Shown here piece after piece: positions 1 to 7,023 of a stretch of DNA of 20,000 nt. The first letter of the stretch is position 1; each line of letters begins with the position of its first letter. The notes below the pieces were generated by a model. That model had not been told where the DNA came from and made no database searches. It saw nothing but the letters and a program-made list of their open reading frames with translations. This stretch comes from an uncultured virus (IMG/VR IMGVR_UViG_3300025466_000001) (Duplodnaviria; Heunggongvirae; Uroviricota; Caudoviricetes). The DNA lies in IMG/VR virus record IMGVR_UViG_3300025466_000001. One strand, given 5' to 3'. The position numbers and the translations under genes are program-made.

Positions 1-74
1 AACTCCATGATGAAGCCGTCTTTTTTGTATGCAACTACGAAGCCTACGGGATTGCGTTTAGATTGGTTTAGCAT
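1..74 (-). CDS. 5' part of a leftward hypothetical gene (MLNQSKRNPVGFVVAYKKDGFIME...), truncated by the window edge
   Basis: Minus-strand ATG at 74-72 preceded by AAGGAG-TAATACC; the frame is open to position 1. Not in the ORF track because it is truncated. Confidence 0.7.
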   Translation of the reverse strand, partial: MLNQSKRNPVGFVVAYKKDGFIME

Positions 75-142
75 GGTATTACTCCTTAGTGTGTTGTGAA
101 TTGACAGAATACTTAACTGCGAAGAAGCCTCGCCCTTCCGCA

Positions 143-562
143 TTACTTGGCGATCTTTGTCAAAAATGCTTTGCGTTGTGCAACTGTGAGAGCTTTGAAT
201 TGTGTAAGTAACTTAGCAACTGGGTCAGGCTTCTTGGCTGCCTTTGGTTTCGTGGAGGTTTTCTCCACTTGGCTTGGCATATAGTATTTGAGCATAGCCC
301 TTGCACATTCACTCGCATCTGTACCACCATTCTTTTTAGACTCAAAGCCTAGCGAGCCTGTGTAAGAACCTTTGGTAATCTCAATCGTGGCTACCTTCTT
401 CTTGATACTGATGAGCCTTGCTATGTTGCTCCGTACTTCTAGCTGTGCCTCGACCTTCATAGCGTTAAATACAGGTGCAAACTTCTGCATGGCATCACCG
501 AGATTAAAACCTGATTCAATGTGTTGCTCTACTGCATTGAGATAGTTAGTAACTTGTTTCAT
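143..562 (-). CDS. hypothetical early-region protein, 139 aa, Lys-rich C-terminus
   Basis: ORF track; RBS AAGGAG-CAATACC-ATG nearly identical to that of the gene at 74; no recognisable domain. Confidence 0.75.
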   Translation of the reverse strand: MKQVTNYLNAVEQHIESGFNLGDAMQKFAPVFNAMKVEAQLEVRSNIARLISIKKKVATIEITKGSYTGSLGFESKKNGGTDASECARAMLKYYMPSQVEKTSTKPKAAKKPDPVAKLLTQFKALTVAQRKAFLTKIAK

Positions 563-624
563 GGTATTGCTCCTTCGTTTGTGTAGTTAATTAAGTATGT
601 GCCGTTACTACCAAGCACAACTCT

Positions 625-655
625 ATTATACCATATGGCTACTATCCGTAGTAGC
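625..655 (-). promoter_or_regulatory. leftward extended -10 promoter with a palindromic operator-like site over the -35 region
   Basis: Minus strand reads TGG-TATAAT (plus ATTATA 625-630). Perfect inverted repeat GCTACTA-tccg-TAGTAGC at 638-655. Confidence 0.6.
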
Positions 656-673
656 TTTGAGCCATTCCTTTGA

Positions 674-696
674 CCCCACCCATCCCCCATCCCCCC
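674..696 (-). other. potential G-quadruplex-forming tract
   Basis: Minus strand GGGGGG-AT-GGGGG-AT-GGG-T-GGGG: four G-runs of 3 or more with 1-2 nt loops. Confidence 0.55.
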
Positions 697-862
697 AAGT
701 TTCGACCATGCCCCGCTCGGCACTAGATCATTGTTTCGCAGGCGCAAACCAAAAAATGTCAAAATTTTGTAAAAAAATCCAAGGGTCTATGTCAAATCTT
801 AGACAAAAACATTATAAAAATTCTTAGCAAATTTCGGACAAGACCTCCCAGAAAAAACGCTG

Positions 863-875
863 TAACCTTATGATT
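863..875 (-). promoter_or_regulatory. IHF-like binding site
   Basis: Minus AATCATAAGGTTA versus the IHF consensus WATCARNNNNTTR (one mismatch), with an A/T tract on its 5' side. Confidence 0.35.
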
Positions 876-950
876 ACAAAAAATAAAGCCGTGCAAACAT
901 ATGACATGAGGTAAAAGTTATGTAAAAAGGATAAACCTACATAAGATTGT

Positions 951-1250
951 TATAAAAAAGTTTCCCAGTAGTGCCTATAGGTATCAAAACAACAAAACAA
1001 TTCCAACCTATAGGTATAAAAAAGTTTCCCGAACGGGAAGAATTGATAAAAAAGTGTGCAAAAGTAAAAAAATATTCCCGAACGGGAAAGTTTGTAAGAA
1101 AAAGTAATGACTCATAAATGAGTCCATATAGGGGTTAAAGCTTTATTTATGAGTCAACCAAAGAGCGCATAAACTCAACGACGTATACAAAATGTCAACA
1201 AATCTGCGCATATCCCCCAAACATGTCTACAAAACTGCAATTACTATACA
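951..1250. repeat. array of duplicated palindromic/operator-like motifs separated by A-tracts
   Basis: TATAAAAAAGTTTCCC x2 (951-966, 1015-1030); CCTATAGGTAT x2 (974-984, 1007-1017); TTCCCGAACGGGAA x2 (1026-1039, 1075-1088); GACTCATAAATGAGTC (1109-1124) plus a 12-bp inverted repeat 1108-1119/1145-1156; ATGTCWACAAA x2 (1192-1202, 1223-1233). Confidence 0.8.
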
Positions 1251-1275
1251 TACCAAAAACTGTCTAGTAACAATG

Positions 1276-1304
1276 TTGCACTGCACCATAAAACAAATTA
1301 AAAT
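1276..1304 (+). promoter_or_regulatory. sigma70 promoter with an overlapping PhaR-type box
   Basis: TTGCAC (1276-1281)-N17-TAAAAT (1299-1304). TGCACTGCACCA (1277-1288) fits the PhaR consensus TGCRNYGCASMA as recalled for Bradyrhizobium. Confidence 0.65.
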
Positions 1305-1352
1305 GGACCCAAAGGCTCCATAAGGGAACCGCACTAACCTAAAGGAAATAAA

Positions 1353-1487
1353 ATGAACGAACTATTCAAAGAGTGGGACAAAGCGTATCAACAAGTACAG
1401 AACGTACTAGAGGCGGTAAAGCAAGGGAATGAGTTTTGGTTAAACCACTACATCTCTTCTGTTAAAGAACTTTTCAAAACCAAATAA
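1353..1487 (+). CDS. 44-aa amphipathic helical microprotein, possibly phasin-like (MNELFKEWDKAYQQVQNVLEAVKQGNEFWLNHYISSVKELFKTK)
   Basis: AAAGGA RBS upstream of ATG 1353, TAA at 1485-1487, promoter upstream and hairpin downstream; hydrophobic residues in an i/i+3/i+4/i+7 pattern. Below the ORF-track size cutoff. Confidence 0.7.
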   Translation: MNELFKEWDKAYQQVQNVLEAVKQGNEFWLNHYISSVKELFKTK

Positions 1488-1520
1488 AAAAAAACCCCCG
1501 GGCGTTTTAAGTCCGGGGGC
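1486..1520 (-). terminator. intrinsic terminator on the minus strand; the hairpin may also end the convergent plus transcript
   Basis: Plus A9-CCCCCGGGC-gttttaa-GTCCGGGGG, which reads as a GC stem followed by U9 on the minus strand. Confidence 0.7.
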
Positions 1521-1571
1521 ACAACTCACGTAACCGATGGCACAACGAAAGGAGAAGTAAAACCACCGGTA
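1486..1571 (-). ncRNA. candidate ~85-nt sRNA with an anti-SD loop
   Basis: Bounded by a minus-strand promoter and terminator; stem ACCGGUGGU/GCCAUCGGU encloses a loop containing UUCUCCUUUCG; no RBS-led ORF seen inside. Confidence 0.55.
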
Positions 1572-1577
1572 AGAAGA

Positions 1578-1628
1578 ATTGTAAAGTTTTGGCTGCGGAT
1601 TGTAAAGTTAAGCCCCGATAATTGTAAA
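1578..1628 (-). promoter_or_regulatory. tandem leftward sigma70 promoters built from three ATTGTAAA repeats
   Basis: ATTGTAAA at 1578, 1599 and 1621. Minus TTTACA (1606-1601)-N17-TACAAT (1583-1578) and TTTACA (1628-1623)-N18-TACAAT (1604-1599). Confidence 0.6.
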
Positions 1629-1650
1629 AAAAGAAAATGTGTAATAAAAT
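1622..1650 (+). promoter_or_regulatory. rightward promoter of the packaging/head operon
   Basis: TTGTAA (1622-1627)-N17-TAAAAT (1645-1650), followed by a small hairpin CGCGG-attcc-c-CCGCG (1660-1675). Confidence 0.5.
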
Positions 1651-1693
1651 ACACAAAATCGCGGATTCCCCCGCGCAACAGAAAGGGTTTTAT

Positions 1694-2317
1694 TTGATCT
1701 TAGATCATTTAGTTTCAGCTGCAGCCGCTGACTTCGCTCCGGAAACACTACCGGACGGGGATTTGTTCGTCCCTGTAAAAGACCTATCTGTAAAAGAAAC
1801 CATAGATGCGCAGGTAAACACTGCCGACTGGCTCAAATCTATTACCGAAGATGACGACGAGGTACTAGACCGCGCCCAAGAACAACGTGTAGGCGAAGCA
1901 TTCGGTGCGCTAATCACGCAAAGCCCTGATACAAAAGAAAGATTCCTAGAGCTTGAGCTCCCAGAAGAAGTAAAGTCTGCCGTTTCCATGGTGACTGCCT
2001 ATCAATGGAAGTTTGTAGAGCAAGCACAAGAGCTACGAAGCATGAGCGTAGCCAAGATTGTTAAAGAAACCGACCACCCAGATGCAAGAATACGCTTAAA
2101 GGCGTTGGAATTGTTGGGAAAAGTCACAGAAGTTGCCCTGTTTACGGACAGAGTTGAAGTTAAGAAGACTGAACTAAGTGATGAAGAGTTGGAAAAACAA
2201 ATTAAAAAGAAACTTGAGAAGTACATGGGCGTGGTTGAGGTAACTGAGATTAAAGAAGAAGACATTGAGGACGTGGGAATAGTGAAAGTCATCAAAGCTG
2301 AGCCCCGCGACGAATGA
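1694..2317 (+). CDS. putative terminase small subunit
   Basis: Directly upstream of and overlapping terL (ATGA); helical segment RLKALELLGK is typical of TerS-like proteins. Start placed at TTG 1694 (after AAAGGG) because ATG 1637 lies inside the predicted promoter. Confidence 0.6.
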   Translation: MILDHLVSAAAADFAPETLPDGDLFVPVKDLSVKETIDAQVNTADWLKSITEDDDEVLDRAQEQRVGEAFGALITQSPDTKERFLELELPEEVKSAVSMVTAYQWKFVEQAQELRSMSVAKIVKETDHPDARIRLKALELLGKVTEVALFTDRVEVKKTELSDEELEKQIKKKLEKYMGVVEVTEIKEEDIEDVGIVKVIKAEPRDE

Positions 2318-3834
2318 AAACAGAAAGTCTAAGCCCAGAAGAAGCAATGGCTGCCAGAATGGCACTAAAAGATATGACGACTGTGGAAAAAGCGGCTTTC
2401 CTAGAAGAATTAAACGAAAAAGAACGCCGTGCCCAGCTAAAAAAAGCACAAGACGACCCAATTGAGTTTGCCAAGTACGTGTATCCGGGTTTCAAAGTGG
2501 GGCCCCACCACCGCAAGCTAGCTAAAATCTTCGAGGACGTCATTGCGGGGAAGAAAAAGCGCGTAATCATAAACATTGCACCACGTATGGGCAAATCAGA
2601 ATTTTCGTCCTACCTCTTTCCGGCATACTTCCTAGGTAAATACCCTGACAAAAAGATTATTATGGCGACCCACACTGCTGGCTTGTCAGAAGACTTTGGT
2701 CGTAGGGTACGAAACCTAATTGATGGAGAAGATTACCATGAAGTATTTCCCGGAACCGTTGTTGCTGATGATCAAAAAGCCGCTGGTAAGTGGAGTACTG
2801 GTGCCGGCGGCCAGTATTATGCTGTGGGTGTCGGGGGTGCTCTTGCCGGACGAGGCGCTGACCTTTTTGTTATTGACGACCCTCACTCTGAGCAAGATAT
2901 AAAAGCAAACAGCCGAGCCACGTTTGATAATGCGTGGTCTTGGTTTCAGACTGGCCCGTTGCAGCGTTTGATGCCGGGTGGTGCGATTATTGTCATTATG
3001 ACAAGGTGGTCGCTTGTTGATTTGACTGGCCGGTTGGTGAACTTCACCATACAAAATCCCGAAGCAGAACCATGGGAGGTAGTAGAGCTGCCAGCCATCA
3101 TGCCAAACGGGAAAAGTCTGTGGCCTGAGCAGTGGCCTCTAGAACAGTTAGAAGCTAAAAGACTTCAGATGGACCCACGGTACTGGAACGCCCAGTACAT
3201 GCAGAACCCCACCGGGGATACAAGCGCCCTGATAAAACGAAGCGACTGGAAAATCTGGGAACACGAAGACCCACCGACAGTCGAGTACGTCATCCAGTCT
3301 TGGGATACGGCGTTTGAAACAAAAACCACATCTGACTATTCCGCATGCACAACATGGGGGGTTTGGTACAACGAAGAAGATAACAATTCACCCAATCTAA
3401 TTTTGTTAGATGCGTTCAAAGACCGGATGGCGTTCCCAGAATTAAAGGCTGTTGCACTGAAGCATTATCAAGAATGGAAACCAGATGCGTGTATCATTGA
3501 GAAAAAAGCGTCGGGTGGCCCGTTAATACAAGAGCTGCGCAGAATGGGGATTCCGATTCAAGAGTTTACACCTAGCCGTGGCAACGATAAAATAGCTAGA
3601 CTTAATGCGGTTTCTGACTTATTTGCGTCCGGCCGTGTTTGGATACCGGATAGGCGTTGGGCTAAAGACGTTGTGGAAGAAGTAGCAGCATTCCCTGTAG
3701 GCGAGCACGATGACTATGTGGATACGACAACGCAAGCATTACTGCGCTATAGACAGGGCGGATTTGTTAATTTAAATACGGACGAGCAAGACGACTTGAC
3801 GTACAAGTATAGAAGAAGAGCAGCATACTACTAA
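2314..3834 (+). CDS. terL: terminase large subunit
   Basis: Walker A APRMGKS, Walker B LFVIDDP, coupling motif MTRW, RNase H-like nuclease motifs QSWDTA and HDDYVD. Confidence 0.96.
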   Translation: MKTESLSPEEAMAARMALKDMTTVEKAAFLEELNEKERRAQLKKAQDDPIEFAKYVYPGFKVGPHHRKLAKIFEDVIAGKKKRVIINIAPRMGKSEFSSYLFPAYFLGKYPDKKIIMATHTAGLSEDFGRRVRNLIDGEDYHEVFPGTVVADDQKAAGKWSTGAGGQYYAVGVGGALAGRGADLFVIDDPHSEQDIKANSRATFDNAWSWFQTGPLQRLMPGGAIIVIMTRWSLVDLTGRLVNFTIQNPEAEPWEVVELPAIMPNGKSLWPEQWPLEQLEAKRLQMDPRYWNAQYMQNPTGDTSALIKRSDWKIWEHEDPPTVEYVIQSWDTAFETKTTSDYSACTTWGVWYNEEDNNSPNLILLDAFKDRMAFPELKAVALKHYQEWKPDACIIEKKASGGPLIQELRRMGIPIQEFTPSRGNDKIARLNAVSDLFASGRVWIPDRRWAKDVVEEVAAFPVGEHDDYVDTTTQALLRYRQGGFVNLNTDEQDDLTYKYRRRAAYY

Positions 3835-3843
3835 GGAATAAAG

Positions 3844-6351
3844 ATGGCAATTGATAAGGGTTTATACCAAGCACCAAAGGGTATTCAAGAACTGGCAGAC
3901 AACATGGAGCCAGATATTACTGTTGAAGTTGAAGACCCAGAAGCCGTGCATATCAATGCCGATGGCTTTGAGTTAGATATTGAAAAGATGGACGAAGAAG
4001 ATGGTTCGCCAGAATTTAACGCCAACTTAGCTGAAGACATGGATGAAGGGGAACTGACTTCCCTAGCAGCAGAATTAGCACACGATATTGATAACGATTT
4101 AAACTCCCGCAAAGATTGGGAGAAGATGTATAAAGACGGTATTACTCTGCTTGGCTTGAAGTTTGAAGAAAGAGTAGAACCATGGGACGGCGCTTGTGGC
4201 GTGTTCCATCCGATGATTACCGAAGCCGTGGTGCGTTTTCAAGCTGAAGCAATCATGGAGACTTTTCCTGCAGCTGGTCCAGTACGTACCCAGATTATCG
4301 GTAAAGAGACTCGTGACAAAGTAGAAGCAGCGCAACGTGTTGAGCAAGATATGAACTATCAGCTCACAGAAAAAATGCCTGAGTTCCGTAACGAGCATGA
4401 AAGAATGCTGTGGAATTTACCATCTGCCGGTTCCGCATTTAAGAAAGTCTACTACGATCCAAACTTAGGTCGTCAAGTTTCTATCTTTATTCCAGCAGAA
4501 GACATCATGCTCCCATACGGAGCTAGTGAAATTGCGTCATGCCATCGTGTAACACATCGCATGCGCAAGACAAAGAATGACCTGATTAAACTTCAGAACG
4601 CTGGGTTCTACCGTGACATTGAGTTAGGTGAGCCAGAAAAGTTTCAAACAGAAATTCAGGAGAAGAAAGACAAAGAGACCGGGTTTACGGCAACGTATGA
4701 TGACCGCTTTGAGTTATATGAAGCGCACGTTGACCTTGATTTACCCGGATATGAAGACTTAGGGGATGACGGCGAACCAACAGGTATTGCGCTCCCGTAC
4801 GTCGTAACGATGATTCGAGGTACCAATGAAATTCTTGCAATTCGTAGAAACTGGAAAGAGGAAGATCCGCTCTGCCTTAAACGCCAGCATTTTGTTCATT
4901 ATCAATATATCCCCGGATATGGAGCTTATGGTTTTGGTCTTTTCCATCTTATTGGTGGTTTTGCTAAGTCCGCAACTTCTATCCTCAGACAGCTGGTTGA
5001 TGCGGGTACTCTTTCCAATTTACCGGGTGGCTTAAAGTCACGTGGTCTTCGCATTAAAGGCGACGACACGCCAATCGCACCGGGTGAGTTTAGAGACGTT
5101 GATGTAGGCTCTGGCACCATTAGAGACAACATCCTCCCGTTGCCATACAAAGAACCATCAGCAGTTTTAGCTGGCTTGATGGATAAAATCATTGAAGAAG
5201 GTCGTCGTTTTGCGGCTACTTCCGATATGCAAATCTCTGATATGAGTGCTAACGCACCTGTTGGAACAACGCTTGCAATTCTGGAAAGAACCTTGAAGGT
5301 GATGTCTGCCGTTCAAGCTCGAGTACACTACGCCTTAAGACAAGAACTCAAGCTGCTTGCCGGTATTATTAGAGATTACACTGATGATGACTACAACTAC
5401 CAGCCAGAAAGCGGCGACATCTACGTCAAAAAGTCCGACTACAGTCATGTGGACGTGTTACCTGTATCCGACCCTAATGCGGCCACCTTATCTCAGAGAG
5501 TGGTCCAGTACCAAGCTGTTATCCAGTTGGCGCAGAGTGCACCCCAGATTTATAACCTTCCCGAGTTGCACAGGCAGATGCTTGACGTTCTTGGAATTAA
5601 AAACGCCGACAAATTGGTGCCTTTGGAGGATGACCAAAAGCCAAAAGACCCAGTTACAGAAAATATGAACGTGCTAAAGGGCACTCCACTCAAGGCATTT
5701 ATTTTCCAAGACCACGAAGCGCATATTGCTGTTCATCAATCTATGATGACAGACCCAATCGTTCAACAGCTTATCGGCCAAAACCCACAAGCAAACATGA
5801 TTGTTCAAGCGCTTCAGTCTCACCTTGCTGAACACGTTGGCTTTGCATACCGTCAAAAAATCGAAGAGCGTTTGGGTATTGCCCTACCTTCTCCAGATGA
5901 TGAGATGCCAGAAGCAATGGAAAAAGAAGTTAGCCGTCTCATGGCTCAAGCTGCTCCACAAGTATTGGCACAAAGCAAAGCGCTCATGGCTCAACAACAA
6001 GCTCAGCAAAACGCACAAGACCCTGTACTACAGATGCAAATGCAAGAACTCCAGCTCAAGAAGCAGGATGTCGACGCTAAAGCACAGAAAGTTCAGAGCG
6101 ATGCACAAGCTAAAGCACAAGAGTTGCAGCTCAAACAAATGGAATACCAACTCAAGAAACTTGAAGTTGAAGCCAAGATTAAGCAAGATGGTATGAAAGC
6201 TGGCGCTGAAGTAGCGGTTAAGAAAGCTCAAATTACCGAAGGCTTGGCTCGCTCCAAGGAAGCAGGTATGCGTGTTAAACAAGACGGCTTAGCATTAGGT
6301 GCCGACATAGCAATGAAACGATTACAGTCCAAAAAACCTAAAGGAGAATAA
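3844..6351 (+). CDS. portal protein with a long Gln-rich coiled-coil C-terminus
   Basis: 835 aa immediately after terL; segments GSAFKKVYYD and GFGLFHLIGG; helical tail reminiscent of the P22-type portal barrel. Confidence 0.88.
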   Translation: MAIDKGLYQAPKGIQELADNMEPDITVEVEDPEAVHINADGFELDIEKMDEEDGSPEFNANLAEDMDEGELTSLAAELAHDIDNDLNSRKDWEKMYKDGITLLGLKFEERVEPWDGACGVFHPMITEAVVRFQAEAIMETFPAAGPVRTQIIGKETRDKVEAAQRVEQDMNYQLTEKMPEFRNEHERMLWNLPSAGSAFKKVYYDPNLGRQVSIFIPAEDIMLPYGASEIASCHRVTHRMRKTKNDLIKLQNAGFYRDIELGEPEKFQTEIQEKKDKETGFTATYDDRFELYEAHVDLDLPGYEDLGDDGEPTGIALPYVVTMIRGTNEILAIRRNWKEEDPLCLKRQHFVHYQYIPGYGAYGFGLFHLIGGFAKSATSILRQLVDAGTLSNLPGGLKSRGLRIKGDDTPIAPGEFRDVDVGSGTIRDNILPLPYKEPSAVLAGLMDKIIEEGRRFAATSDMQISDMSANAPVGTTLAILERTLKVMSAVQARVHYALRQELKLLAGIIRDYTDDDYNYQPESGDIYVKKSDYSHVDVLPVSDPNAATLSQRVVQYQAVIQLAQSAPQIYNLPELHRQMLDVLGIKNADKLVPLEDDQKPKDPVTENMNVLKGTPLKAFIFQDHEAHIAVHQSMMTDPIVQQLIGQNPQANMIVQALQSHLAEHVGFAYRQKIEERLGIALPSPDDEMPEAMEKEVSRLMAQAAPQVLAQSKALMAQQQAQQNAQDPVLQMQMQELQLKKQDVDAKAQKVQSDAQAKAQELQLKQMEYQLKKLEVEAKIKQDGMKAGAEVAVKKAQITEGLARSKEAGMRVKQDGLALGADIAMKRLQSKKPKGE

Positions 6352-6356
6352 TCCAA

Positions 6357-6569
6357 GTGATTGACCTACTAACGGCTGATTTCATAGCCGCCATGCGTGA
6401 CAAGTTGCGCACAGATATGAATAACTACACTGACGATTTGGCAAATGGTCAGTGCACAAGTTTTGAGCAGTACAAAGAGCTCTGCGGCGTGATTCGAGGC
6501 CTAGCGTTTGCAGAGCGCCACTTACTTGACCTCGCTGAGTATTTACAGAAAGAAGATGACGATGAGTGA
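6357..6569 (+). CDS. small hypothetical head-module protein
   Basis: AAGGAG upstream of the GTG start; YKELCGVIRGL helix; overlaps the next gene. Confidence 0.75.
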   Translation: MIDLLTADFIAAMRDKLRTDMNNYTDDLANGQCTSFEQYKELCGVIRGLAFAERHLLDLAEYLQKEDDDE

Positions 6570-7011
6570 TACCATCGCTTTACCCTCACAGGAGTTAATC
6601 CTCCCACCGGGCGTAGTACCAACGAAAGCCAATGCACCGACTGAAGAAGAGTTGGAAAACATGGACGCTATCGAAAAAGCAACGCAAATGCCGCAGCCAT
6701 CAGGACATAAGATTCTTTGTGCCTTGGTAGATGCAACCGATAAGTTCGACAGTGGGATTCTTAAAGCGGATGAAACAAAAATGGTTGAGGAATTAACTTC
6801 CCCAGTCTTGTTTGTTATTCGCCTAGGTGTCTCAGCGTATAAAGATAAAGATCGTTTTCCTGACGGGCCTTGGTGCCAAGAAGGTGATTTTATTTTGACC
6901 CGCCCGTATACCGGCACTCGAATCAAGATTCACGGCAAGGAATTTCGCATTATCAACGACGACCAAGTCGACGGTACTGTGATGGACCCCCGTGGCATTT
7001 CCCGCGTTTAA
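6562..7011 (+). CDS. groES: GroES/Cpn10-like co-chaperonin
   Basis: PSGHKIL..SGIL..VIRLG..CQEGDFIL..YTGTRIKIHGKEFRIINDDQVDGTV follows the Cpn10 pattern (PLxDRV, SGI, VGDxV, YxGxEV, ExDILA). Start is probably ATG 6562 or 6556. Confidence 0.85.
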   Translation: MSDTIALPSQELILPPGVVPTKANAPTEEELENMDAIEKATQMPQPSGHKILCALVDATDKFDSGILKADETKMVEELTSPVLFVIRLGVSAYKDKDRFPDGPWCQEGDFILTRPYTGTRIKIHGKEFRIINDDQVDGTVMDPRGISRV

Positions 7012-7023
7012 TAAGGAGCTACC

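Noticed and set aside
559..827. ORFs 559..762 (-) and 597..827 (+)
   Set aside because: No convincing RBS; they run across the promoter, palindrome, G-tract and A-tracts and look like chance frames.
911..927. GTAAA-N6-GTAAA resembling a CpxR/OmpR-type direct repeat
   Set aside because: The spacing differs from the CpxR consensus (N5) and the motif is too likely by chance in A-rich DNA.
951..1250. Possible CRISPR or mini-CRISPR array
   Set aside because: The repeats are 11-16 bp, of several unrelated sequences, only two copies each, with no constant repeat-spacer period and no cas genes.
1637..1693. ATG 1637 as the start of the TerS-like gene
   Set aside because: No RBS, and it lies between the predicted -35 and -10; TTG 1694 is preferred.
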